Shown: positions 18,189 to 27,194 of the stretch, in pieces
Layout: the number at the start of each line of letters is the position of its first letter
How positions within the stretch are numbered: the first letter of the stretch is position 1
Origin: Actinomycetota bacterium
GTDB lineage: Bacteria; Actinomycetota; UBA4738; HRBIN12
Reading direction: 5' to 3'
DNA: 58,115 bases
Assembly: GCA_036257835.1 (NCBI GenBank)
Contig: DATAEU010000058.1
Location: 1-58,115, forward strand
The notes under the pieces: model-generated
The model's input: the letters and a program-made list of their open reading frames with translations, nothing else
Databases searched by the model: none
Told to the model about the DNA's origin: nothing
Position numbers and translations under genes: made by a program

Positions 18189-18214
18189 GACTCCTTTCGG
18201 GAGGGCAACCAAGC

Positions 18215-18243
18215 GAAGGCCCCGGGCATCGCCCGGGGCCTTC
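18215..18243. terminator. bidirectional intrinsic-terminator-like hairpin between convergent genes
   Basis: GAAGGCCCCGGG-catcg-CCCGGGGCCTTC, a 12-bp perfect stem between the DUF11 stop (18188) and the CAP-gene stop (18273). Confidence 0.6.
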
Positions 18244-18272
18244 GGCTCTCTACGGTCGAGGAAGGAGGGGTC

Positions 18273-18740
18273 TCAGCCGTAGAAGATCACGGTCACCCAC
18301 AGGCTCCCGTGCTTGCGCACGAAGCCGATGGCCGTGTGATCGAACCTCGATCGCAGGATGTTCTCGCGATGCTCCTTGCTGGCCATGAACGCCGCCTGCA
18401 GGCTGTCGACGCTGGGTCCGACGCCGACGTTCTCGCCGCCGATCGTCCAGTGGTACGGCGCGAGGATCCTGCCGAGGAGCCCCGAGTCCGAGTGGAACAG
18501 GTAGCCGCGGGTTGCCATCTCCTGACTGTGCCGCCTGGCGTACCGCGACAGCCGGTCGACCAGGGCGACCCGCGCGCGATCGTGCTCCGCGCGTGCCTCG
18601 TTCGTCAGATGGAAGAGCCGTTCGCGGCGGGTGATCTGCCCGGCGCCCGCAGCAGCGGCGAACGACGACACGAACAACCCGACCACGACGAGGAACACCA
18701 CGGCCGCGGCGCCCGAGCGCCGCGAAGGGCGAACGTCCAT
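18273..18740 (-). CDS. secreted CAP/SCP (PR-1-like, YkwD-type) domain protein
   Basis: 155 aa. Signal peptide (AAAVVFLVVVGLFVSSFAAAAGA). HS.EMA…LFHS…GENV…H..NIL pattern of CAP domains. SD GGGAGG. Confidence 0.8.
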   Translation of the reverse strand: MDVRPSRRSGAAAVVFLVVVGLFVSSFAAAAGAGQITRRERLFHLTNEARAEHDRARVALVDRLSRYARRHSQEMATRGYLFHSDSGLLGRILAPYHWTIGGENVGVGPSVDSLQAAFMASKEHRENILRSRFDHTAIGFVRKHGSLWVTVIFYG

Positions 18741-19014
18741 GTTCGAGCCTCCCGACCCGCGGTCCCGGCGGTCCGGCCCCGAGGGGCTCGGACCCTTCGG
18801 CAGCTCGGCCGCCTCCCTGCCTCGGAGGCCGATGCTTTGCGACCCGCCGTCACGGGGGCTTGCCGTTTCGGGACCTGACTTCCGTTCCTGTGCCTCCCTA
18901 TCGGCGCGACCCTCACCCCGCTTGAAGGGCCGGATGGTCGGGTCGGACTAGCCGCCCGAACAACGCGCGATCGGTGGGCGGGTCGGGGCCGGGGGTGCTG
19001 CGGGCGCCGGGCCG

Positions 19015-20487
19015 CTACCAGCGCAGCTTGAGATGCCGCGCGGCGCGGGCCTCGTCGAGGCGGCGCACCGGCGTGGTGACGGGGGCCTCGTGCAGGACGT
19101 CGGGGTCGGTGCGCGCCTCTTCCGAGGCCTGTCGCATCGCCGCCGCGAACGCGTCGAGCGTATCCTTGCTCTCGGTCTCGGTCGGCTCGACCATCATCGC
19201 CTCCTCCACCACCAGCGGGAAATAGACGGTCGACGGGTGAAAGCCGAGGTCGATGATGCGCTTGGCAACGTCCATCGCGCGAACGCCCGTCTCGTCGCGA
19301 ATCGGCTTCGCCGTCGAGACGAACTCGTGCATCGGACGCCCGTCCGGATAGGCGAGCGGGAAGTCGTCCCGTACGAGCGCCGCGAGGTAGTTGGCGTTCA
19401 GCACCGCGCGCTCGGCCACCTCGAGGAGACCGTCGCGCCCGTGGAGGAACACGTAGGCGTAGGCCCGCACGAGCACCGCGAAGTTACCGTAGAAGCCGTG
19501 CATCCGCCCGATCGAGTCGGGACGATCGTGCTCGAGCCGCAAGGTGCCGTCGTCCTCGCGTTCGACCAGCGGCGACGGCAGGAACGGCACGAGCTCCTCG
19601 GTCACGCCGACCGGACCCGCGCCCGGGCCTCCCCCACCGTGCGGCGTCGCGAACGTCTTGTGCGTATTGATGTGAACGATGTCGAATCCCATGTCTCCGG
19701 GGCGACACCGGCCGAGGATCGCGTTCAGGTTGGCACCGTCGTAGTAGACGAGCCCGCCGACGTTGTGGATCACTGATGTGATCTTCTCGATCTCATCCTC
19801 GAACAGACCGAGCGTATTCGGGTTCGTCAGCATCAGCCCGGCGACGTCCTCGTCGACGAGCTTCTCGAGCGCCGACACGTCGACGAGACCGCGCGCGTCG
19901 GACGGGATGTGGACGGTCTCGAACCCCGCGAGCCGCACGCTGGCCGGGTTCGTCCCGTGCGCCGAGTCCGGGATGGCGACCTTGGCGCGCCGCCCCCCCT
20001 GCTTGTCGTGGTACGCGCGCATGATCAGCAAGCCGGTCAGCTCGCCGCATGCGCCGGCCGGCGGCTGCAGCGTCGCCCGCGACATCCCCGTGATCTCGCA
20101 CAGCGCGTGCTCGAGCCGCCACAACAGCTCGAGTGCGCCCTGGGTCGTCGACGCCGGCTGGAGCGGGTGGAGCCTCGAGAAGCCGGGAAGCGCCGCGACG
20201 GTCTCGGCGATCTTCGGGTTGTACTTCATCGAACACGAACCGAGCGGGTACACACCCGTGTCGACGCCGTAGTTCTCCTGGGACAGGCGGGTGTAATGCG
20301 ACACGATGTCGCGCTCGCCGACCTCCGGAAGTCCGGGCCGCTCCGCGCGGAGCTGCTCGCGTGGAAGGTCCGCCTCGGGAACGTCCAGCGCCGGCAGGCT
20401 GAACGCACGACGCCCCGGGCGCGAGAGGTCCTTGATCGTCCCCTGTTGCGTGGGTGGGTCCTGCGTGCGTACCGGAGCGCCCGTCAT
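19015..20487 (-). CDS. gcvPB: glycine dehydrogenase (aminomethyl-transferring) subunit 2
   Basis: 490 aa. PLGSCSMKYNP…, HINTHKTF (PLP lysine region). ATGA overlap with gcvPA. Confidence 0.95.
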   Translation of the reverse strand: MTGAPVRTQDPPTQQGTIKDLSRPGRRAFSLPALDVPEADLPREQLRAERPGLPEVGERDIVSHYTRLSQENYGVDTGVYPLGSCSMKYNPKIAETVAALPGFSRLHPLQPASTTQGALELLWRLEHALCEITGMSRATLQPPAGACGELTGLLIMRAYHDKQGGRRAKVAIPDSAHGTNPASVRLAGFETVHIPSDARGLVDVSALEKLVDEDVAGLMLTNPNTLGLFEDEIEKITSVIHNVGGLVYYDGANLNAILGRCRPGDMGFDIVHINTHKTFATPHGGGGPGAGPVGVTEELVPFLPSPLVEREDDGTLRLEHDRPDSIGRMHGFYGNFAVLVRAYAYVFLHGRDGLLEVAERAVLNANYLAALVRDDFPLAYPDGRPMHEFVSTAKPIRDETGVRAMDVAKRIIDLGFHPSTVYFPLVVEEAMMVEPTETESKDTLDAFAAAMRQASEEARTDPDVLHEAPVTTPVRRLDEARAARHLKLRW

Positions 20488-21809
20488 GCGAGCACCTCGC
20501 GCACCGCATCGGCGAAGGCGTCGATCTCGTTCTTCGACCGCCGCTCGGTCACCGCGACGAGCAATCCTCGCTCGTCGACATCATCGAGCGGTACGCCGCC
20601 GAGAAACCCGCGCTCGGCCAGCCGCTCGAGGGCCTCGCGCGCCACGACCGGCACCCGGACGGCGAACTCCTTGAAGAACGCCGCGTCCCCGAACATCGGC
20701 TCGACCCCGTCGATCTCCGTCAGTCTCTCGAAGGCGTACCGCGCCTTGGCGGCGCACCGCCGGCCGAGCTCGGCCAGTCCCTGCGGGCCGAGCCAGGCGA
20801 GGTAGATCGTGGCCGCGATCGCCATCAGCGTCTGATTGGTGCAGATGTTCGAGGTCGCCTTCTCGCGCCGGATGTGCTGTTCGCGTGCCTGGAGCGTCAG
20901 CACGTACCCGGTGCGGCCGTCCACGTCGACGGTTTCGCCGACGATGCGTCCCGGGAGGCGGCGGACGTCATCGAGCCGCGTGGCGATGACACCGAGGTAC
21001 GGCCCGCCGAAGTTGAGGTTGTTGCCGAGCGGTTGACCCTCGGCTACGGCGATGTCGGCCCTGAGGTCGCCGGGCGGCGCCAGTACGCCGAGCGACAGCG
21101 GGTCGAACACCTGCACCGCGCGCGCCCCCGCGGCGTGCGCCTGCCCAAACAGGTCGCGAGCGGGCTCGAGGATCCCGAACCGGTTCGGGTGCTGCACGAT
21201 CACGCACGCGACGTCGTCGCCGATCTCGGGCGAGCCGCCGCGCCCGTCGCGCAGTTCGAACACCTCGGGTCGGTACCCCGCTCCCCTGCCGTACGTCCGC
21301 AGCGTCTCGACGTATCTGGGATCCACGCCCGCCGACACCACCACCCGGTCCCGCCCCGGTACCGACCGGGCGAGGTTCACCGCCTCGGCCAGGGCCGTTG
21401 CCCCGTCGTAGAGCGAGGCGTTCGAGACGTCGAGCGCCGTGAGCTCGGCGATCATCGATTGGTACTCGAAGAGGGCCTGCAGGACGCCCTGCGAGAGCTC
21501 GGGCTGGTAGGGCGTGTACGACGTGTAGAACTCGGAGCGGCCGGCCAGTGCCCAGACCACCGACGGGACGTAGTGATCGTACGCGCCGCCGCCGGCGAAG
21601 CAGACCAGGCGGTCGGCGTCGAGGTTCCGGGCGGCCAGGGCTCGGAGGTCGGCCGAGATCTCCATCTCGGAGACCCCCTCCGCGATCCCGAGCGGCCGGT
21701 CCAACCGTACCGACGGCGGGATCTGCTCGAACAGCTGGTCGAGCCGCTCGAGGCCGATCCGGTCGAGCATCTCCCGGACGTCGTCGTCGGTGTGCGGAGC
21801 GAACTTCAT
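20484..21809 (-). CDS. gcvPA: glycine dehydrogenase (aminomethyl-transferring) subunit 1
   Basis: 441 aa. FAGGGAYDHYVPS, YTPYQPELSQG, SNICTNQ motifs. Confidence 0.95.
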   Translation of the reverse strand: MKFAPHTDDDVREMLDRIGLERLDQLFEQIPPSVRLDRPLGIAEGVSEMEISADLRALAARNLDADRLVCFAGGGAYDHYVPSVVWALAGRSEFYTSYTPYQPELSQGVLQALFEYQSMIAELTALDVSNASLYDGATALAEAVNLARSVPGRDRVVVSAGVDPRYVETLRTYGRGAGYRPEVFELRDGRGGSPEIGDDVACVIVQHPNRFGILEPARDLFGQAHAAGARAVQVFDPLSLGVLAPPGDLRADIAVAEGQPLGNNLNFGGPYLGVIATRLDDVRRLPGRIVGETVDVDGRTGYVLTLQAREQHIRREKATSNICTNQTLMAIAATIYLAWLGPQGLAELGRRCAAKARYAFERLTEIDGVEPMFGDAAFFKEFAVRVPVVAREALERLAERGFLGGVPLDDVDERGLLVAVTERRSKNEIDAFADAVREVLA

Positions 21810-21856
21810 CTCCGAGCGCTCAGTCTACGGTGACCGGGCGCGTGCGTCGGAGTCGA

Positions 21857-21879
21857 ACGGACCGCCGCCGGCGGTCCGT
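21857..21879 (-). terminator. hairpin at the stop of the upstream gene, ahead of gcvPA
   Basis: ACGGACCGCC-ggc-GGCGGTCCGT (minus strand), a 10-bp perfect stem. It leaves only about 45 nt, including a TAGACT -10-like hexamer and a GGAG SD, before the gcvPA ATG. Confidence 0.4.
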
Positions 21880-22259
21880 CAGCCCTCGCCGCCGGCGAGG
21901 TCCTCGAGCCCATACTTCGATACCAGCGACAGGTAGTCGCGCTGGTAGAAGATCTTGCAGTTGACGCCCGGGTACAGCTCGCGCAGGCGCCGAACCTTCC
22001 GGTTCTTCTTGGTGACCAGCCGTTGATTGAGCGTGGTGATCTCGATGTAGAGGTCGTACTGCGGGAGGTAGAAGTCCGGCGTGAACCGCTGAACGACGAC
22101 GCCGTCCTTGTCCCACTCCAGATCGAACGAGGTCGGCTCGTACTCCCATTCGATCTGATAGAAGTCGAGCAGCTGGGCGAACTGCCGCTCGCTGGCATGC
22201 GCGAACCGGACCGTGTCGCTCTTGACGGCCGGCGCCTCCGCCGCGGGAGCCGCGCTCAC
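21879..22259 (-). CDS. conserved hypothetical protein, possible PD-(D/E)xK nuclease-like fold
   Basis: The GTG start forms a GTGA overlap with the MerR stop (22256-22259). RFTPDFYLPQYDLYIEITT resembles the PD…(D/E)xK core, followed by a basic helix (KKNRKVRRLRELY). Confidence 0.45.
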   Translation of the reverse strand: MSAAPAAEAPAVKSDTVRFAHASERQFAQLLDFYQIEWEYEPTSFDLEWDKDGVVVQRFTPDFYLPQYDLYIEITTLNQRLVTKKNRKVRRLRELYPGVNCKIFYQRDYLSLVSKYGLEDLAGGEG

Positions 22260-22705
22260 GCGCCGCCGGCCGCGGCGGCGCCGCGGCTCTTCCTCCGACC
22301 GGCCTTCGGGAGGCTCCCCTCGAGGTCCGTCCATACCTTGTCGACCGCGATCGCGAACACGCCCTGGCCCTTCGCCAACAGATCGACCACCTCGTCCGGC
22401 GAACCCACGGCGTAGATCCGCGTCCCGTCGGACACGAGGGTGGTGCCCAGCGTGGGCTCCTTGAGGTCCTTCAGTGTCTTCATCGCCTTGCGGATCTGCT
22501 GCAGCCCGACGCCGGAGTCCAGCATCCGCTTGATCAATTTGAGCAGCGCGAGATCCTGGAACGAGTACAGACGCTGCGTGCCGGAGCCGCGCGCATCTTG
22601 CAGCGACGGGCGGACGAGGCCGGTGCGTGCCCAGTAGTCGAGCTGCCGATAGCTGATCCCGACGATCTTGGTGACCTCGGGAACGCGGAACCCCTGCTCG
22701 GCCAT
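22256..22705 (-). CDS. MerR-family transcriptional regulator
   Basis: MAEQGFRVPEVTKIVGISYRQLDYWARTGLVRPS… is a MerR HTH. SD GGAG. Confidence 0.85.
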   Translation of the reverse strand: MAEQGFRVPEVTKIVGISYRQLDYWARTGLVRPSLQDARGSGTQRLYSFQDLALLKLIKRMLDSGVGLQQIRKAMKTLKDLKEPTLGTTLVSDGTRIYAVGSPDEVVDLLAKGQGVFAIAVDKVWTDLEGSLPKAGRRKSRGAAAAGGA

Positions 22706-22848
22706 GACAACTCCGTAATTACGCGGGCGTTGCGAGCCTAGCCTCGCGCCGGTTCGGTGTCAACGAAGCCGGATCTCCAGCGCGCGTGACCGAAAGTCTT
22801 AGGTCCAATGTTGGCGACTCGCCGGATCCGGGACTAGGGTGTTGCCCC

Positions 22849-23337
22849 GTGACCTGGCGCCGACGTGCGACGACGGGACACCGGGCGAGCCGAGCGCTCG
22901 CCGTGCTGACGCTCTCCGCCCTCCTGTGCACCTCCATCGCGGGGGTCGCGTACGCCGCCACGTTGCGACACCGGTTGCTTCGTCTCGTCAACCACAGCCG
23001 CACGCTCCACGACGTGCGGCCGGTGAGGCTGAACCTGCGACTGTCCCGCGATGCGATGACGCACACGCGGACGATGCTGCAGACCAACCGGCTGTTCGAC
23101 TTCACCAACCTGGCCGACGTGCTCAGTCCCTACGACTGGACGCGCATCGGCGCGGACGTCGTCGGCTGCGGCGAGACGCTGCACGAGATGCATCGGGCGC
23201 TCATGCACCACGCGCTGCACCGCAAGATCATCCTGAACGCCGACGTCCGACGGGTGGGCATCGGCGTGATCAAGGACACGGGACGATCGCTGTGCGGCCG
23301 CAACGCGGTGTGGGCGACCGAGATCTATTACGGCTGA
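22849..23337 (+). CDS. secreted CAP/SCP domain protein (paralogue of 18273-18740)
   Basis: GTG start gives the signal peptide VTWRRRATTGHRASRALAVLTLSALLCTSIAGVAYA. Same architecture and the same C-terminal W.T.I(F/Y)YG ending as the other CAP gene. Confidence 0.7.
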   Translation: MTWRRRATTGHRASRALAVLTLSALLCTSIAGVAYAATLRHRLLRLVNHSRTLHDVRPVRLNLRLSRDAMTHTRTMLQTNRLFDFTNLADVLSPYDWTRIGADVVGCGETLHEMHRALMHHALHRKIILNADVRRVGIGVIKDTGRSLCGRNAVWATEIYYG

Positions 23338-23431
23338 TCGCATCTCGGCCGGGTGAACCGAATATCGAGAGGCGACGCGCTGCGCTCCGTGTGATCAACG
23401 AGCGTGAGCTGCGTTTGGCCCGCGCGACGCG

Positions 23432-23914
23432 CTAGGACCCGAAGTCCTCGGGGTTCACGTTCTCGAGGAACTCGCGGAACTTCTGGACCTCGTCGTCCTC
23501 GTCCCCTTCACCGTCCGGGATCGGGATGCCGGCCTCGTCGAGGACGTCTTCGTTCGCGAAGATCTTGCACCCGAGTCGCACCGCGAGGGCGATGGCGTCG
23601 CTCGGCCGTGACGAGACCTCGTAGGCCGTCCCGTTGCGCTGCATGTTGATCGTGGCGTAGAACGTGCCCTCGCGCAGCTCGGTGATGACGATGCTGCTCA
23701 CCTGAACCGCCATCTCGTCGAGGATGTTCTTCAACAGGTCGTGCGTCATCGGCCGCGGCGTCACGACCCCCTGCTGTGCGAGCGCGATCGCCGCGGCCTC
23801 GGGCTGCCCGATCCAGATGGGGAGGAAGCGCTCTCCGAGGGCCTCGCGGAGCAACACGATCGGCTGATTGCCTGGCACCTCGATCCGCACGCCAGCGAGC
23901 GTCATCTCGATCAT
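23432..23914 (-). CDS. bifunctional nuclease family protein (DUF151/BFN)
   Basis: 160 aa. IVLLRE…RFLPIWIG..EA.AIA, RP.THDL, acidic C-tail. Occupies the Rv1829 position in the synteny block. Confidence 0.8.
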   Translation of the reverse strand: MIEMTLAGVRIEVPGNQPIVLLREALGERFLPIWIGQPEAAAIALAQQGVVTPRPMTHDLLKNILDEMAVQVSSIVITELREGTFYATINMQRNGTAYEVSSRPSDAIALAVRLGCKIFANEDVLDEAGIPIPDGEGDEDDEVQKFREFLENVNPEDFGS

Positions 23915-23968
23915 GGCTACGAGCGAAGATATCCCCGGCCCCTACGTCCGGCAACCGTGAGACGTGCG

Positions 23969-24559
23969 TCAGGAGGAGCGGTCGGCGTCGCCGAGGACGA
24001 ACGGGAGGAGGAGGTCCGGATCGGCCGTGATCGCCGCCACGTCGCCGATCGCCAGGATGTCGGGAACGTTGCGGTACCGCTCCCCGACATCTAGTCCGTA
24101 GCCGACGACGAAGACGTCGGGGCAGTCGAACCCCACGTAGCGGATGTCGAGAGGGGTGATGCGGCGCACGGACTTGTCCAGCAGCGTGCAGATCGCGACC
24201 GATGCCGGCTGCCGCGAATCGAGCACGCCCAGCAGGTAGGAGAGCGTCAGGCCGGTGTCGACGATGTCCTCGACGACGATCACGTCGCGGCCGCCGACGT
24301 CCTCGTCCAGGTCCTTGACGATGCGAACGCGACCCATCGACTCGGCGGCGCCGCCGTAGCGCGAGATCGACATGTAGTCGATTGCGACCGGCAACCGGAT
24401 CTCGCGGATGAGATCCGCGAGGAAGATCGAACCGCCCTTGAGGACCGAGACCAGGACGGGGGCCTTGCCGCGGTAGTCGTCGGTGATCGTGCGTCCGAGC
24501 TCTTCGATGCGACCCCGGATCTCCTCGCGTCGGAACAGGACGCTGGCGACCTCCGTCAT
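23969..24559 (-). CDS. hpt: hypoxanthine phosphoribosyltransferase
   Basis: Start re-called at MTEVASVLF. PRPP motif VIVVEDIVDTGLTL; LKGG, GYGLD. Confidence 0.9.
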   Translation of the reverse strand: MTEVASVLFRREEIRGRIEELGRTITDDYRGKAPVLVSVLKGGSIFLADLIREIRLPVAIDYMSISRYGGAAESMGRVRIVKDLDEDVGGRDVIVVEDIVDTGLTLSYLLGVLDSRQPASVAICTLLDKSVRRITPLDIRYVGFDCPDVFVVGYGLDVGERYRNVPDILAIGDVAAITADPDLLLPFVLGDADRSS

Positions 24560-24581
24560 CGGCGCGATGGTAGCAGCAGGC

Positions 24582-25862
24582 TCAGCCGAACAGGCCCGAC
24601 ACCAGGGACGACAGCGCGCCGGCGACGGCGGAACCCGCCCGGCGCCACCACGGACCGGGCTCGGACGGCTCGGGCGGCGGCGGAACGCGCGTGGCGAGCA
24701 GCGGGATCCGGCGCAGCACGGTCGCACCCGCCTCGACGCGAAGCGTCGCCACCGGCTCCCCGAGGCCCGGCGGGAAGGTGACCCCGGGGCGCGGAAGGAC
24801 GGCGAACCGGATCTTCGCGTCCGAGCGAACAAGCGCCTCGACCGCGTGGCCGGTCGCGACCCCCACCCTCCTCCCCTGCACGACCACCGGTCCGAACGTC
24901 TGGCCGGCGTCGACCAGATGCCGGCGAGAGAACGCGGCGAAGCCGTAATCGAGCAACGTCGCCGCCGCCGAGAACGGCTCGCCCGGATCGCCGAGGACGA
25001 CGGCGATCAGCCTCAGACCCTCGCGCTGAGCCGCCGCGACGACGCAGAAGCCGGCCGCGCTCGTGTACCCCGTCTTGCCGCCGAGCGCTCCCCGATACAG
25101 CCACAGCAGGACGTTGCGGTTCTGGATCTCTCGCGGTGGCCCGCTCGGGGCGGGGATCTCGTGGAACTTCGTCGACACCACGTGCTCGAAGTCCGGCATC
25201 GCGAACGCAACCCGCGCGAGCCGCGCGAGGTCGAGCCCGGTCGAGTAGCCGCGGTCGTCGAGACCGTTCGGCGAGAAGAAGCGCGTGTGCCGCATGCCGA
25301 GCCGCCGCGCCTGCGCGTTCATCGCCCCGACGAACCGCTCTACCGAGCCCGAGACGTCCTCCGCAAGTGCGACGGCCGCGTCGTTCGCGGACTGCAGCAA
25401 GAGGGCGTAGAGCAGCTGCTCGACGGTGATGCGCTCGCCCGACTCCAGGCCGAGCTCCGAGATGCCGACGCCGCCGACCTCCGTGGACGCCGCATCCGAG
25501 ACGGTGACGACGTCGTCGAGCCCGGCCCGACGCAGGACGAGAACGGCGGTCATCAGCTTCGTCAGGCTCGCGATAGGGCGCTCCTCTTCGCCGTTGGAGG
25601 AGAGCAGCACCTGCCCCGTGTCGAGGTCCTCGAGGACCGCGGCGCCGACGGCGAGCCGCGGGACCGTGGCGGACGCCGGCGGCGTCCGCAGGACCGTCGG
25701 GAACGGCGACGGCGAGGTGCCGCCGCCCGGCACCGAGACGGGCGTGGGCGGCGGGACGGCCAGGCGCCCGTGCTTGGCGGCAGACGCGACGGGCAACGCG
25801 ACGAGCAGGAGGACGAGCGCCGCGAGCGCGAGCGCGACCGCGCGGATGCCTCGGTGTTCCAC
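24582..25862 (-). CDS. D-alanyl-D-alanine carboxypeptidase (S11 penicillin-binding protein)
   Basis: Signal peptide, SxxK (ASLTKLMT), SAN (LQSANDAA), KTG (GKTGYT). Confidence 0.85.
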   Translation of the reverse strand: MEHRGIRAVALALAALVLLLVALPVASAAKHGRLAVPPPTPVSVPGGGTSPSPFPTVLRTPPASATVPRLAVGAAVLEDLDTGQVLLSSNGEEERPIASLTKLMTAVLVLRRAGLDDVVTVSDAASTEVGGVGISELGLESGERITVEQLLYALLLQSANDAAVALAEDVSGSVERFVGAMNAQARRLGMRHTRFFSPNGLDDRGYSTGLDLARLARVAFAMPDFEHVVSTKFHEIPAPSGPPREIQNRNVLLWLYRGALGGKTGYTSAAGFCVVAAAQREGLRLIAVVLGDPGEPFSAAATLLDYGFAAFSRRHLVDAGQTFGPVVVQGRRVGVATGHAVEALVRSDAKIRFAVLPRPGVTFPPGLGEPVATLRVEAGATVLRRIPLLATRVPPPPEPSEPGPWWRRAGSAVAGALSSLVSGLFG

Positions 25863-25866
25863 GACC

Positions 25867-26571
25867 CTACGGCGCCTGCAGGTGCTGCCGCAGGTTGTTG
25901 CGGAGCAGCGCGCCCTTCAGCTTGCGTGAGGCCTTCGTGAGATCGGTGAGGGCCTGCGCGGCCACCCGCCGGGCCTCCGGGTTCCGTTGCCGGAGCTGTG
26001 GCATCACGATCGACTCGAAGAACGTCGCCTCGCGCTCCTCGAAATGCTTGTACATCGTGAGGTGGCGCGGCTCGATGCCGTACATGAAGAAGTCCCTGAG
26101 GATCGACAGCACGACGTAGTCGTCACCGTCGTAGTACCGGGCGCCGTCGGGGCCGTGCGAGCAGACGAGGCCGAACCCCTCGAGGTCCCTGATCCGCTCC
26201 TTCTCGATGCCCGTGGCCGCCGACATCTCGTCGATCGACATCTGCAGCCCCGTCGGCGGCTCGGCGATCTCGTCCTCGGCGCTCTGCTCGATCTCCTCCT
26301 CCGCCTCGACGACCTCCTGGCCGGTCTCCTTCTTCAACAGGCGATCCTTGATGACCTTGAGCGGCAGGTACTCGTCCCGCTGCATCCGAAGGATGTGCTT
26401 GAGACGCTCGACGTCCTTCTCGTAGAACTTCCTGTATCCGGAGGGTGTGCGCTCGGGTTGGATCAAACCCTCGGCCTCGAGGAACCGGATCTTCGAGATG
26501 GTGATGTCCGGGAACTCCGTCTTGACGGAGACCAGAACCTCACCGATCGATTGATAGTTGCGCGTCGGCAT
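25867..26571 (-). CDS. MerR-family regulator (Rv1828/FtsR-like)
   Basis: Start re-called at MPTRNYQSIGEVL… MerR HTH (ISKIRFLEAEGLIQPERTPSGYRKFYEKDVERL), acidic linker and a second MerR-like half. Confidence 0.8.
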   Translation of the reverse strand: MPTRNYQSIGEVLVSVKTEFPDITISKIRFLEAEGLIQPERTPSGYRKFYEKDVERLKHILRMQRDEYLPLKVIKDRLLKKETGQEVVEAEEEIEQSAEDEIAEPPTGLQMSIDEMSAATGIEKERIRDLEGFGLVCSHGPDGARYYDGDDYVVLSILRDFFMYGIEPRHLTMYKHFEEREATFFESIVMPQLRQRNPEARRVAAQALTDLTKASRKLKGALLRNNLRQHLQAP

Positions 26572-26573
26572 CC

Positions 26574-27032
26574 TCACTCCCCGGACTCGAAGAACGCGAG
26601 CTTGAACTTCCCGATCTGCACCTCGTCGCCCGATCTGAGGCTCACGGTCTCCACGCGCTCCCGGTTCACATACGTGCCGTTGAGACTTCCGACGTCGTGC
26701 AGCTCGAACCTCCCGGCCGCGCGACGAAGCTCGGCGTGGCGGCGCGAGACGGTCACGTCGTCGAGGAACACGTCGCTCGAAGGGTTTCGGCCGATCGTCG
26801 TGACGTCCGCGTCGATCAGGAACGTCGAGCCGGCGTTCTGCCCACGCTTGACGAGCAGCAGTCCCTGCCCGGGATCGAGATGATCGCCTGGGAACGGGAA
26901 GTCCTCGCCCGCCTCCTCCTCGACCTCGACGGGAGCGATGCCGACGGTCGTGTCTTCGTGGAGCGGAGCGCCACAGTTGGCGCAGAAGCGGGCCTCGTCC
27001 TTGTTCGGATGTCCGCAGCGGGTGCAGAACAC
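26574..27032 (-). CDS. FHA-domain protein with N-terminal zinc ribbon
   Basis: GTG 27032 has AGGAG upstream. VFCTRCGHPNKDEARFCANCGAPL, then an FHA core (TTIGRNPSSDVFLDDVTVSRRHAEL…GSLNGTYVN). Confidence 0.8.
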   Translation of the reverse strand: MFCTRCGHPNKDEARFCANCGAPLHEDTTVGIAPVEVEEEAGEDFPFPGDHLDPGQGLLLVKRGQNAGSTFLIDADVTTIGRNPSSDVFLDDVTVSRRHAELRRAAGRFELHDVGSLNGTYVNRERVETVSLRSGDEVQIGKFKLAFFESGE

Positions 27033-27194
27033 GTTCGGGGGCTCCTGACGGCGGCTCGATGTGCGAGGTTGAGGTTGAAGCCGCCACCTCAACCCTCGAT
27101 GGAGACCGGACGTTATCGTACGCCCACGGGAGGGTCAACGCTGGCTCGGGGCGAAGTAGAGGCGTGATGATCGGTCGAGGGTCGATCCGGGGCG

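Noticed and set aside
15231-18212. 993-aa ORF on the minus strand, antisense to the DUF11 surface-protein gene
   Set aside because: It is Arg/Asp/Gly/Val-rich low-complexity sequence with no motifs, typical of open antisense frames in 70% GC DNA. The plus frame has an SD, a signal peptide, five repeat domains and a sorting signal.
18232-18243. Shared 12-mer CCCGGGGCCTTC in the hairpins at 18215-18243 and 28451-28476, as a possible REP-like dispersed element
   Set aside because: Only two short GC-rich occurrences are seen in 58 kb, so chance similarity between GC hairpins cannot be excluded without genome-wide counts.
21810-21878. Glycine riboswitch in front of gcvPA
   Set aside because: Only 69 nt are available, and they are largely taken up by one terminator-like hairpin. 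That is too short for a single glycine aptamer, let alone a tandem one.
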